From positions 1 through 64,000 of the IMG/VR virus record IMGVR_UViG_3300042541_001664: DNA of 64,000 nt. One strand, written 5' to 3'. Made by a program: the position numbers and the translations under genes. The notes below the pieces were generated by a model. The model saw only the letters and a program-made list of their open reading frames with translations. It searched no databases and was not told the origin of the DNA. Within the stretch, counting starts at the first letter, position 1. Every line of letters begins with the position of its first letter. Of the stretch, positions 1 to 8,892 are shown piece by piece. Origin of the DNA: a virus.

Positions 1-1
1 T

Positions 2-112
2 AATAATAGAATTGTTGAAGCAATTAAGCAACTTATCCAGAATAAAGGATATAAGGCAAATCTTAATGCTGGGCATGGTGTTACTATACAATTAACATTG
101 GCCAATACATAG
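2..112 (+). CDS. 3' end of a CDS running in from the left edge (partial)
   Basis: Open frame from position 2 to TAG at 110-112 (NNRIVEAIKQLIQNKGY...LANT*), followed by a hairpin. Confidence 0.5.
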   Translation, partial: NNRIVEAIKQLIQNKGYKANLNAGHGVTIQLTLANT

Positions 113-120
113 AAATAAAA

Positions 121-145
121 AACCCCCTATGTTTATTAGGGGGTT
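121..145. terminator. Probable bidirectional terminator hairpin
   Basis: AACCCCCTA...TAGGGGGTT inverted repeat between convergent genes. Confidence 0.65.
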
Positions 146-176
146 ATTATATGTCAAATAAAATTTTTGGGAAAAA

Positions 177-1016
177 TTAGGTAAAATACACTATTGCCCA
201 TTGTAGGGCTGTATTAGATGTATCTTTTTTGGCTACAACCATTGTGGGGTTTTTGGGTAATAGGCTGTTTGTTATTCTATTATCTAGTTGTTCTTCATTA
301 TCATATATAATGGACATTGATTTTATCATTGTATTACCGGGATTAAAGGATACACTAAAATCACTACTATTAAAGGTTATTGTATTTGGATCTATGGAGA
401 TGTTCTTTGTTTCGGTTTGTAACTTGGTTCTTAGTTCATTCATACTATTGGCTTTTATTGTTGTTGGGGTTGTTGCGTTAGAAGTATTAGTAGGGGGTTG
501 TTCAATAGCATAAAATATTTGTTTATACTTATGATTATCCCCAACAATTGAAATATGAAATGGACCAAATGTTTTTATAATATTACTTTTGTAATGTGCT
601 TTTAATCTGCCTTCTATACCCTTAATATTTATATCATATCTATCTAGGTATGTTTGCCCTGATTTATTTACAACTCCTGGTATTCCTATCGCCCCTCTTG
701 TTGTAAAGTATTTATGGGGAACTTCATTTGGTTTAACCATTTCAACATCAACATCTCCTTTGGTTTCAATGGTATTTCCATTTATGGTTGTTGATATTCT
801 TACATCAACAACTCTATAATCTCCACTCTTTAATTTTAATCCAACATTATATTCCAAATCATCATCTGATGCTTTTAAACTAAAACCATGTACCGTATCC
901 CAGTTTGGATTGGGGTATGGTTGTGTAATGGTATGGCTTACAGTTTCAATCTGGGCTTGCTCATTTATGATTCCCATTACTTCTTTTATTCTATAAATGT
1001 TTTCTTGCAAATTCAT
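177..1016 (-). CDS. Hypothetical protein with N-terminal LxE leader (MNLQENIYRIKEVMGIINEQ), candidate virion protein
   Basis: 279 aa ORF; ATATTTAT motif 14 nt upstream (1031-1038). Confidence 0.75.
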   Translation of the reverse strand: MNLQENIYRIKEVMGIINEQAQIETVSHTITQPYPNPNWDTVHGFSLKASDDDLEYNVGLKLKSGDYRVVDVRISTTINGNTIETKGDVDVEMVKPNEVPHKYFTTRGAIGIPGVVNKSGQTYLDRYDINIKGIEGRLKAHYKSNIIKTFGPFHISIVGDNHKYKQIFYAIEQPPTNTSNATTPTTIKANSMNELRTKLQTETKNISIDPNTITFNSSDFSVSFNPGNTMIKSMSIIYDNEEQLDNRITNSLLPKNPTMVVAKKDTSNTALQWAIVYFT

Positions 1017-1046
1017 ATTTTAATTTTTATATAAATATATGTGGAT

Positions 1047-1073
1047 ATAAAAAACCCCCAGAACACTAATTTG
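1047..1073 (+). repeat. 27 bp direct repeat, copy 1 (copy 2 at 2499-2525)
   Basis: ATAAAAAACCCCCAGAACACTAATTTG identical at both sites. Confidence 0.85.
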
Positions 1074-1114
1074 CAAATATAGATAATTTTGCTTATAGTT
1101 AAAATAAAAAGAAT

Positions 1115-1885
1115 ATGGCAGTAGTATATGAACATTTAAGGAACGACACCAATGAGGTGTTTTACGTTGGAATAGGTATAGACAAGGGAAGGGCTTTTGA
1201 TAAACATGGAAGAAATCCACATTGGAAACGTATTGTTAATAAAGTTGGCTATACTGTAAATATTATTCATAAAGATATAGATCATAAAGAAGCAAAAAAG
1301 ATTGAAATATTACTAATAGAAAAATATGGAAGAAAGAATTTAGGTCTAGGTAATTTGGTTAATATGACAGATGGGGGTGAGGGTTTGCTTAATCCATCAA
1401 TTGAAACAAGACAGAAAATAAGTGAAGTACATAAAGGTAAAATACTTTCAGAAGAATCAAAAAAGAAAATGAGTGAAGCAAAGAAAGGTAAAATATTTTC
1501 AGAAGAAACCAGACAGAAAATTAGTGAAGCAAATAAAGGTAATACTAATATGTTAGGTAAAATATTTTCAGAAGAAACCAGACAGAAAATGAGTGAAGCA
1601 AGTAAAGGTAAGATAAAATCAGAAGAAACAAGACAGAAAATGAGTGAAGCAAAGAAAGGTAATACTAATATGTTAGGTAAAATATTTTCAGAAGAAACCA
1701 GACAGAAAATGAGCTTAGTTCAAAGAAACAAAAAAGATGTTAAAGGGTATTTTTTTAATAAAGCAAATAAAAAATATAGAGCAGAAATAACGGTAAGGGG
1801 AAAACGTATTCACCTTGGGTATTTTAATACCCCAGAGGAAGCATTGCAGGCTTATCAAAAAGCAAGATTATTATATTTTGTATAA
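1115..1885 (+). CDS. Homing-endonuclease-like protein: GIY-YIG-like N-terminus, tandem NUMOD3 repeats, AP2-like C-terminal DNA-binding domain
   Basis: VVYEH...FYVGIG; N(L/M)TDGGEG; repeated SEETRQKMSEA-KG; C-terminal KKYRAEITVRGKRIHLGYFNTPEEA. Confidence 0.8.
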   Translation: MAVVYEHLRNDTNEVFYVGIGIDKGRAFDKHGRNPHWKRIVNKVGYTVNIIHKDIDHKEAKKIEILLIEKYGRKNLGLGNLVNMTDGGEGLLNPSIETRQKISEVHKGKILSEESKKKMSEAKKGKIFSEETRQKISEANKGNTNMLGKIFSEETRQKMSEASKGKIKSEETRQKMSEAKKGNTNMLGKIFSEETRQKMSLVQRNKKDVKGYFFNKANKKYRAEITVRGKRIHLGYFNTPEEALQAYQKARLLYFV

Positions 1886-1936
1886 TAACCCCCCATTTAT
1901 ATACCACATTAACATATTTATATATAAAATGATATT

Positions 1937-2497
1937 ATGACTTTAAAAGAAAACATCAATAGGATTAGGGTTCTTATGGAAGGTGATAAATCTGATGTAT
2001 ATTATCATGGGACATCAAACCAAGATTTTAATGAAGATGATTTAAGACCAAATGAGAGGGGATTAATCTTTTTTACAAAGCATAAGGAAATTGCATATAG
2101 ATATGCTATGGATTTTAATCATTTAGAATATTCTGAACCAGACTATAATAATGTTAGAATATTATCTTATAGGCTTAATGTGAAGAATACCTTTGACCCA
2201 GAACAATATGATGAGGATCCAGAGTATATTGAACTTGTGGCAACCAAGGGTGATTTTTCTTATGTCCAACTTGAAAGGGGTCAGATTAGAGATTATAATG
2301 AAGCCGCATCAGAAGCCCTTTATGATTGTGATTGGTCTGTTCTGGAATCAAAACCATTTATTGACGAATTAAAAGCAAGGGGGTTTGATTCCATATATAT
2401 TGATAATTCCCCCCATTATAAGATGAATTATAGGGATGAAATATTCACAGGTAAGGATATTGCAATATTCTATCCAGAGTTGGCAACACCTGCTTAA
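1937..2497 (+). CDS. ADP-ribosyltransferase-like protein with LxE leader
   Basis: YYHGTS...GLIFFT...AYRYA...LNVKNTFD...GFDSIYI...IAIFYP pattern resembles phage ART-fold (ART-PolyVal-like) domains; leader MTLKENINRIRVLME. Confidence 0.6.
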   Translation: MTLKENINRIRVLMEGDKSDVYYHGTSNQDFNEDDLRPNERGLIFFTKHKEIAYRYAMDFNHLEYSEPDYNNVRILSYRLNVKNTFDPEQYDEDPEYIELVATKGDFSYVQLERGQIRDYNEAASEALYDCDWSVLESKPFIDELKARGFDSIYIDNSPHYKMNYRDEIFTGKDIAIFYPELATPA

Positions 2498-2504
2498 AAT
2501 AAAA

Positions 2505-2538
2505 AACCCCCAGAACACTAATTTGTATTTTGGGGGTT
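2505..2538. terminator. Terminator hairpin overlapping direct repeat copy 2
   Basis: AACCCCCAGAA...TTTTGGGGGTT between convergent genes, flanked by A and T runs. Confidence 0.7.
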
Positions 2539-2555
2539 AATTTTTTATTTGAAAC

Positions 2556-3239
2556 TTATATGGCCACTTCAGCATTTAGTTTCTTATGCAATCTAATTAA
2601 CAATTGTGTTATATCTCTTGGGGTTATGCCATTATTTTCATCTGATAATTGAATAGATTGATTATCAGAACCAATAAAAAATTTAGCTTTTAATGTGTCA
2701 ATAAATGATTCTTCGGTTTCAACTATATCCCCATCCTCATTTCTCACATAATATTGATGAATTTTTAATGTTGAAATAGCATTATAATTTATATCCCTCT
2801 CCCTTGTTGTCATACCTTCAGATGATGAATTAATAGATAGGGATGGTTCTTTGTCCGCCTTAAATTTAATTGTATATTCCAATAGTATTGCAATATTGGA
2901 ATCAAATTCCACATGCTTCTTTAAGGAAGATTCAACGCTATGTATTGTTATTGGTAAATTTCTATGATAACCAGTTTCATATCTTTTCATTAATGTCAAC
3001 CCATCAAAATATTGCTCCATCTTTTTTGCAATATTATCTGCCATTATAGTTAAATGATTTGGCATTTCCAAAAAAGAATCCTTCTGGCTTCTCCTCCTGG
3101 CTGCAAAGGATCCAGTTTCATCTTTATACTTGTTTGCAGCAAGGGCTGATCTATTCTTTATGCTTGGGCTTAATTCAGCAATTACCTTAGTAACCAAATT
3201 TGATACATCTTCTTCTGTTAGTCTTACTATTTTTTTCAT
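2556..3239 (-). CDS. Hypothetical protein with LxE leader (MKKIVRLTEEDVSNLVTKVIAE)
   Basis: 227 aa ORF; ATATTTAT motif at 3256-3263. Confidence 0.75.
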   Translation of the reverse strand: MKKIVRLTEEDVSNLVTKVIAELSPSIKNRSALAANKYKDETGSFAARRRSQKDSFLEMPNHLTIMADNIAKKMEQYFDGLTLMKRYETGYHRNLPITIHSVESSLKKHVEFDSNIAILLEYTIKFKADKEPSLSINSSSEGMTTRERDINYNAISTLKIHQYYVRNEDGDIVETEESFIDTLKAKFFIGSDNQSIQLSDENNGITPRDITQLLIRLHKKLNAEVAI

Positions 3240-3342
3240 ATTTTAAATTTTATATATAAATATACTAAAATTAATTTTCCTAATCCAATTTGGATAGGGG
3301 GTATTACAAAGGAGGGGGGATAAAAAAAAATTTCTTTTAATA

Positions 3343-3693
3343 TTATCTAAATATTACCCCTTCTATAAACCCAGGTTTAACCATATCTCTTAACTCATCA
3401 TCAGAAAATTTAGCCAAAGATGATTCTTCCAGATACAAATCACCATAAATTTTCAATCCTTTTGGTAATGGTGGTATTGCTTCTATACTTGTCCATCTCA
3501 TATCTAAATCACCATGAATTTTCAAACCATCTGGTAATGATTCTATTGGTCCACCTAATTCCAAATCACCATCAATATATAAATCATCTTCTGTTAAAGG
3601 TTGTTTTGTATAAAATTTCCATATAAATGGAATTGTTTTGTCCTCTGTCTTTTTAAGAAATTCAAATATGTTCTTTAATGTTTTGTTTTTCAT
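3343..3693 (-). CDS. Capped LRR family protein, 2 repeats
   Basis: N-cap MKNKTLKNIFEFLKK...PLTEDDL; LPxGLxIxGDL repeats; C-cap KPGFIEGVIFR. Confidence 0.85.
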   Translation of the reverse strand: MKNKTLKNIFEFLKKTEDKTIPFIWKFYTKQPLTEDDLYIDGDLELGGPIESLPDGLKIHGDLDMRWTSIEAIPPLPKGLKIYGDLYLEESSLAKFSDDELRDMVKPGFIEGVIFR

Positions 3694-3744
3694 TATCTAC
3701 TTATTTTTCCTTTTATAAATCCAGGATAAACCATTTCTTTTAAT
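3693..3744 (-). pseudogene. Orphan LRR C-cap remnant (LKEMVYPGFIKGKISR*)
   Basis: About 51 nt matching the 3' end of the 4210..4800 gene with 2 mismatches; no start codon. Confidence 0.8.
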
Positions 3745-3745
3745 A

Positions 3746-4210
3746 TTATCTAATTATTTTTCCTTTTATAAAACCTGGTAAAATAATTTTTCTTAATTGT
3801 TCATCTGTATATTCTTCTAATCTTGTATCTGCTATACATAAATCTCCATAAACTTCCAACCCTTTAGGTAATGATTCCATTGCCGATTCATCTAAATCCA
3901 ATATACCACCAACTTTCAATCCTTTTGGTAATGATTCCATATTTATTCCTCTTAAATCCAAATGGTTACCAACTTCTAACCCTTCTGGTAGTGAGGTTAT
4001 ACTTGAATATTCTAAATATAAATCCCCCCCAACTTTCAATCCTTCTGGCAATTCTTCTATCTCTGATCCAGTTAAATCCAAATCACCTTTAATATGTAAA
4101 TCATCTTCTGTTAATGGTTCATCATTTATTAATTTCCATACAAATGGTGTTTTACGTCCTTCATTCCCTTCAAGAAAAGTGAATATGTTTTTTATTGTTT
4201 CTTTTTTCAT
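3746..4210 (-). CDS. Capped LRR family protein, 4 repeats
   Basis: Same caps; 20-aa LP(E/K)GL(K/E)VGGxLxLxxx repeats. Confidence 0.9.
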   Translation of the reverse strand: MKKETIKNIFTFLEGNEGRKTPFVWKLINDEPLTEDDLHIKGDLDLTGSEIEELPEGLKVGGDLYLEYSSITSLPEGLEVGNHLDLRGINMESLPKGLKVGGILDLDESAMESLPKGLEVYGDLCIADTRLEEYTDEQLRKIILPGFIKGKIIR

Positions 4211-4800
4211 TATCTACTTATTTTTCCTTTTATAAATCCAGGTTTAACCATTTCTTTTAATTCCTCATCTGAAAATTTTTCTAAAGGAGTATTACGTATA
4301 TATAAAGTAGTCCAAACTTTTAATCCTTTTGGTAATGATGTTAGAAGAGTATTACTCAAATCCAATAAACCCCCAACATATAATCCTTCTGGTAAGGAAT
4401 TTAAATTTTTACAATAACCTAAATATAAACTACCCCTAACGTTTAAATCTTCTGGCAGATATTTTAAATTTTTACAATTTTGTAATTGTAAATCTGAATT
4501 AAATTTCAATCCTTTTGGTAATGTTTTTATATTTGTGTCTTTTAAAATAAAATGACTCCTAACTTTTAAGTCTTTTGGTAGTGATTCTATATCTGTCTGT
4601 GATAAATTTAAATACCCATCAACTTTTAACCCTTCTGGTAATGAGGTTATCTTTCTGTTAGATAAATCCAAATCATCATTAATGATTAAATCATCTTCTG
4701 TTAATGGTTCATTATTTAACCATTTCCATAAAGATGGCATTTTATGTGCTTCTTTTTCTTCAAGAAAATTGAATATGTTCTTTAGTGTTTCTTTTTCCAT
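4210..4800 (-). CDS. Capped LRR family protein, 6 repeats
   Basis: Same caps and repeat; TAATG stop/start overlap. Confidence 0.9.
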   Translation of the reverse strand: MEKETLKNIFNFLEEKEAHKMPSLWKWLNNEPLTEDDLIINDDLDLSNRKITSLPEGLKVDGYLNLSQTDIESLPKDLKVRSHFILKDTNIKTLPKGLKFNSDLQLQNCKNLKYLPEDLNVRGSLYLGYCKNLNSLPEGLYVGGLLDLSNTLLTSLPKGLKVWTTLYIRNTPLEKFSDEELKEMVKPGFIKGKISR

Positions 4801-5384
4801 TATCTAAATATTTTTCCTTTTATAAAACCATCTGGTTTAATCATGTTAAGTAATGCCTCATCTGAAAGTTTTGCTAATGGTGAATCAGCAATATATAAAC
4901 TATCCCAAACTTTTAATCCTTTTGGTAATAATCTTATTGGACAATTATTTAAGTTCAAATTACAACTAACTTCTAAATTTTCTGGTAGTGATTTTATTTT
5001 AGAACCATCTAAAGTAAAATTACAACCAACATCTAAATCTTCTGGCAATTCTTCTATAACTGTATCTACTAAATTTAAAGACCAACCAATTTTTAATCCT
5101 TTTGGTAATGATTTTATTTTTGAATTTTGTAATTCTAAGCCACCACCAATATGCAAATCATCTGGTAAGGATGTTATTTTTGAACGATATAAGTTCAAAT
5201 CACCCCCAACTTTTAATCCCTTTGGTAAGGTTCTTATTTCTGTATCATCTAAATCCAAAGTACCTTTAATGTTTAACTCCTCCTCTGTAAATGGTTCATC
5301 ATTTAGTAATTTCCATTTGAAAGATGTTTTATTTTCTTCATTTTCAAGAAAACGCATTATGTTTTTTAATGTTTCTTTTTCCAT
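4800..5384 (-). CDS. Capped LRR family protein, 6 repeats
   Basis: Same caps and repeat. Confidence 0.9.
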   Translation of the reverse strand: MEKETLKNIMRFLENEENKTSFKWKLLNDEPFTEEELNIKGTLDLDDTEIRTLPKGLKVGGDLNLYRSKITSLPDDLHIGGGLELQNSKIKSLPKGLKIGWSLNLVDTVIEELPEDLDVGCNFTLDGSKIKSLPENLEVSCNLNLNNCPIRLLPKGLKVWDSLYIADSPLAKLSDEALLNMIKPDGFIKGKIFR

Positions 5385-5725
5385 TATCTTTCTATTTTTC
5401 CTTCTATAAATCCAGGTTTAATCATTTCAAATATTTCATTATCAGAAAATTTTGCTAATTTTGTGTTATATATATGCAAATTACCACCAACTTGTAAGCC
5501 TTCTGGTAATGATGTTATTTTTGTATATTGTATATACAAATCGTCACCAACTCTTAAACCTTTTGGTAGTGATTCTATATCTGTCTCTGATAAATTTAAA
5601 TACCCATCAACTTTTAACTCTTCATCTTTTAATGGTTCATCATTTACTAATTTCCATAAAACTGATCTTTTACCTTCATTATCCTCAAGGAAATCAAATA
5701 TATTTTTTAATGTTTCTTTTTTCAT
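5384..5725 (-). CDS. Capped LRR family protein, 2 repeats
   Basis: Same caps and repeat. Confidence 0.9.
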   Translation of the reverse strand: MKKETLKNIFDFLEDNEGKRSVLWKLVNDEPLKDEELKVDGYLNLSETDIESLPKGLRVGDDLYIQYTKITSLPEGLQVGGNLHIYNTKLAKFSDNEIFEMIKPGFIEGKIER

Positions 5726-6138
5726 TCTTCTCTATATATTTTCCCTTTTATAAACCCAGGTTTTATCATTTCTCTTAATTGTTTATCTGTGTATACTTCT
5801 AATGCTGTATCTGTTATATATAAATCTCCATGAACTTTCAATCCTTTTGGTAATAAAGTTATATTTCGTGTTTCCATTAAATATAAATCAATACCAACTT
5901 CCAACCCTTCTGGTAATGATGTTAACTTTGAGCAATATTCTACAAATAGATTACCCCTAACTTTCAATCCTTCTGGTAATGAGGTTGGGTTTATATAATA
6001 AAAATTCAAATCACCTCTAACATCCAAATCTTCTTCTGTAAAAGGTTCTTTATTTAGTAACATCCATAAAAATGGCCTATTTATATTATCTTCTTTTTTA
6101 AGAAAATTGAATATGTTCTTTAATGTTTCTTTTTTCAT
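5722..6138 (-). CDS. Capped LRR family protein, 3 repeats
   Basis: Caps nearly identical to those of 6135..6548. Confidence 0.9.
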   Translation of the reverse strand: MKKETLKNIFNFLKKEDNINRPFLWMLLNKEPFTEEDLDVRGDLNFYYINPTSLPEGLKVRGNLFVEYCSKLTSLPEGLEVGIDLYLMETRNITLLPKGLKVHGDLYITDTALEVYTDKQLREMIKPGFIKGKIYREE

Positions 6139-6548
6139 TCTTCTCTATATATTTTCCCTTTTATAAACCCAGGCTTTATCATTTCTCTTAATTGTTTATC
6201 TGTGTATGCTTCTAATTCTGTATCTGCTATATATAAATCTCCATAAACTTTCAAGCCTTTTGGTAATGATGTTAAACTTGTGCAATTATCTAAAAAGAAA
6301 TTACCATTAACTTCCAACCCTTCTGGTAATGACTTTATTTCAGTACTATATAAATCTAAAAAACCCCCAACTTTTAAACCTTCTGGTAAGGATGTTATTT
6401 CTGAATCATATAGGTTCAAATTCCCCTTAATTACTAATTCATCTTCTGTAAATGGTTCATTATTTAGTAACATCCATAAAAATGGCCTATTTATATTATC
6501 TTCTTTTTTAAGAAAATTGAATATGTTCTTTAATGTTTCTTTTTTCAT
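6135..6548 (-). CDS. Capped LRR family protein, 3 repeats
   Basis: Caps nearly identical to those of 5722..6138. Confidence 0.9.
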   Translation of the reverse strand: MKKETLKNIFNFLKKEDNINRPFLWMLLNNEPFTEDELVIKGNLNLYDSEITSLPEGLKVGGFLDLYSTEIKSLPEGLEVNGNFFLDNCTSLTSLPKGLKVYGDLYIADTELEAYTDKQLREMIKPGFIKGKIYREE

Positions 6549-6985
6549 CCTCTGTATATATATCTTTTTATTAATCCATCTGGTTTAATCATATTTCTTA
6601 ATTCGTTATCTGTGTATTTTTTTAATGGTGAATTATAAATGAATAAAATACCATCAACTTTCAATCCTTCTGGTAGTGATGTTATTTTTGTGGATGATAA
6701 TTTCAATTCATAACCAACTTTCAATCCTTTTGGTAATGATGTTATTTCGCTATTTCTTAAATCAAGCAAACCCCTAACTTCCAATCCTTCTGGTAAGGAT
6801 TTTATAGTTGAACCTTTTAAATCCAAATCACCATCAAACACTAACTCTTCTTTTGTAAATGGTATTCCACTTTCTACTTTTTCTATAAAGTTAATTTTCT
6901 TTATATAGTTAGAAAATTTATAAGATTTTTTATTTTCTTCTTTTTCAAGAAAATTGAATATGTTCTTTAATGTTTCTTTTTCCAT
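6545..6985 (-). CDS. Capped LRR family protein, 3 repeats, with a divergent extended N-cap
   Basis: MEKETLKNIFNFLEKEENKK...; LPEGLEV and LPKGLKV repeats. Confidence 0.9.
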   Translation of the reverse strand: MEKETLKNIFNFLEKEENKKSYKFSNYIKKINFIEKVESGIPFTKEELVFDGDLDLKGSTIKSLPEGLEVRGLLDLRNSEITSLPKGLKVGYELKLSSTKITSLPEGLKVDGILFIYNSPLKKYTDNELRNMIKPDGLIKRYIYRG

Positions 6986-7010
6986 TATTTTTTTTTAATT
7001 GAACCATATA

Positions 7011-7049
7011 ATAATAACCCCCAAGTCATCAAAACAAGGGGGTTATTAT
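7011..7049. terminator. 12-bp-stem hairpin upstream of LRR array 1
   Basis: ATAATAACCCCC...GGGGGTTATTAT. Confidence 0.6.
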
Positions 7050-7073
7050 AAATATTAGTATGTTTAAAATATA

Positions 7074-7841
7074 CTATTTCAACTGAAAGAAGTTATCATC
7101 ATCAGAACCAAGTAATGGCATAACTAAAAAGGTATAACCATTTAATCTCATAGTATGTGCATTTGACCACGTTCTGGCCTTGAAATTGATTGCACACTTT
7201 GGATCAATACTTCTGGCAAAATCAATAACCTCCAATAATTTGACTGGATTAAGAAATGATAACCCCACTTTAATCTTCATATTCTTATGTCCCAGCAATT
7301 TGCAAACTTCAACATACTTTCTAATTAAATCAATATCCCTTTGGGTAAAATCAACATCAAAAATATTCTCATCACTTAACTCTGGAATAACATTCCAATA
7401 TTGTGGAAACTTATTTCCAAACTCCTCCTCATTTTGGGCAACCAGATTTTTTAATTTATCAACATACATGTAAGTATCTTGAGTGAATTCTGAATCTGGT
7501 GCAGGAATTACAACCATTTTATGTGCATCTGTTAAGCAAATCTCCTTTCTATCAAAACAGAAGTATGCTGTCATCATAGCGGGTCTTAAATCATCTTTTC
7601 CTGCCAAAGATTTTAAACCAGCTCGTATCATTGTCTCAAAGTTTTTAAACTTTGTTGCTTTCTTTGGTTTAATATCCAAATCTTTCAACTTTTCATTTAG
7701 AAAGTTGTGCAAATTTACTTCATCATAATGTTCTTTTTTAAGATACAATTTGATTGCATCTTTGTCCTTGTTTTCCAATGCTCTTTGAAATAAATCTAAT
7801 TCATTTTCAATTGGCTTCTGGATGCTTTCTGATATTAACAT
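7074..7841 (-). CDS. Protein resembling part of the DNA polymerase III beta clamp
   Basis: AGKDDLRPAMMTAYF...LTDAHKMVV and FPQYWNVIP resemble the DnaN central-domain motifs SxDExRPxL, ATDGHRL and FPDYxxVIP; start moved to ATG 7841, downstream of TATATTTG at 7873-7880. Confidence 0.55.
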   Translation of the reverse strand: MLISESIQKPIENELDLFQRALENKDKDAIKLYLKKEHYDEVNLHNFLNEKLKDLDIKPKKATKFKNFETMIRAGLKSLAGKDDLRPAMMTAYFCFDRKEICLTDAHKMVVIPAPDSEFTQDTYMYVDKLKNLVAQNEEEFGNKFPQYWNVIPELSDENIFDVDFTQRDIDLIRKYVEVCKLLGHKNMKIKVGLSFLNPVKLLEVIDFARSIDPKCAINFKARTWSNAHTMRLNGYTFLVMPLLGSDDDNFFQLK

Positions 7842-7989
7842 AATAGTATTGGTTTTGTGATTAATTGATATGCAAATATACGTATAATCCCCCAAATAAA
7901 AAAACCTATTACCAACTTTATTTTTATATTATATGAATAAAAAAAGGCCACACTGTGTGCGACCTTTCTATACTAAATTTAGATGTTAC

Positions 7990-8454
7990 CTATTGCTTTG
8001 TCCAAGTAAACTTACCACCAGATTGAACTGGTTGGCTGGGATTAATTTGTGTTACCTTACTTGGGGTAGCCTGAACACTTTGTGTCGGAAATTCAAATCC
8101 CATAATCATACTAGGTAACTCAACAACATAAGCATCACAGTAACCCAATTTTCTTAAATTGGCAGCAGACACACTTGCTTTATCTCTGCTATTGAAAATC
8201 TGGGAGTAGAAATAATGGTATTGACTACCTAAATCAATTCTGATTATATACTCTCTGGCTTCAATCTTTCGGTCATATAGACCTACTTTCACCATATACA
8301 ACTTTGCTTCTACCACCGAAGTATCTTCAATACTACAAGGCGCAGGGGCTAGTTTCCTATATGGAAGTTCAAAGCATAGGGTGTCAATTAACATTGATTG
8401 AGATACACCAATTAAGGGTAATGAAATTAGAACTAATAAAATGAATCTTTTCAT
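7990..8454 (-). CDS. Secreted protein with a SPOR-like peptidoglycan-binding domain
   Basis: Signal peptide MKRFILLVLISLPLIGVSQ; YMVKVGLY...FNSRDKA...LRKLGYCDAYVV. Confidence 0.55.
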   Translation of the reverse strand: MKRFILLVLISLPLIGVSQSMLIDTLCFELPYRKLAPAPCSIEDTSVVEAKLYMVKVGLYDRKIEAREYIIRIDLGSQYHYFYSQIFNSRDKASVSAANLRKLGYCDAYVVELPSMIMGFEFPTQSVQATPSKVTQINPSQPVQSGGKFTWTKQ

Positions 8455-8509
8455 GTGTTTTGGTTTTTTTTATGGTTTAAAGATAAATGTTATTTATATA
8501 TAATGCAAG

Positions 8510-8776
8510 TTATTTTAAGTTTTTATTTTCTGCTCCATTGACCACCTTGCTTTTATTACTTTCTAGCAAGGTGGTCGTTGATAATATAAATTGAATCGCC
8601 TCATCTTCACTGATACTAACCAGTTTGCCTTTATCGTTAGGCAAATAATATTTGTGTAAGTCACCACGTACTAATGTGCATACTATTTTTAAACTACCGT
8701 GGTAAGTCGTGAAATCTTTAGACATTAATGCTGAATAGTACAGATTGTGAAGAATGTTGGCTACGTTGTTTTCCAT
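8510..8776 (-). CDS. Hypothetical protein
   Basis: 88 aa ORF in a co-oriented run. Confidence 0.65.
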   Translation of the reverse strand: MENNVANILHNLYYSALMSKDFTTYHGSLKIVCTLVRGDLHKYYLPNDKGKLVSISEDEAIQFILSTTTLLESNKSKVVNGAENKNLK

Positions 8777-8892
8777 AATAAATCAAATATATAATAAGTT
8801 AATATTGCCAAAAATATGCCTTGGTAAACTAAAAAGGTTAAGACTGAAACAGTTAACAAATATAACACTATTTTTATTAATTTCCTAACCAT
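8761..8892 (-). CDS. Small hydrophobic membrane protein (43 aa), not in the ORF track
   Basis: MVRKLIKIVLYLLTVSVLTFLVYQGIFLAILTYYIFDLLWKTT*; fills the gap and overlaps both neighbours. Confidence 0.6.
   Translation of the reverse strand: MVRKLIKIVLYLLTVSVLTFLVYQGIFLAILTYYIFDLLWKTT

Noticed and set aside
1400-1715. Nucleotide repeats in 1115..1885 as a separate repeat element
   Set aside because: Explained by tandem NUMOD3 motifs within the protein
1115-1885. Group I intron around the homing endonuclease
   Set aside because: Flanking genes are intact and the spacers are too short for a ribozyme core
4843-5409. Antisense ORFs over LRR genes (also 26384..26953, 50689..51174, 52092..52442)
   Set aside because: Shadow frames produced by the repetitive codon pattern of the real genes
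3343-6985. LRR arrays as a diversity-generating retroelement or shufflon target
   Set aside because: No reverse transcriptase or site-specific recombinase in the window, no non-coding template repeat seen, differences are not obviously adenine-specific, and genes within each array are co-oriented
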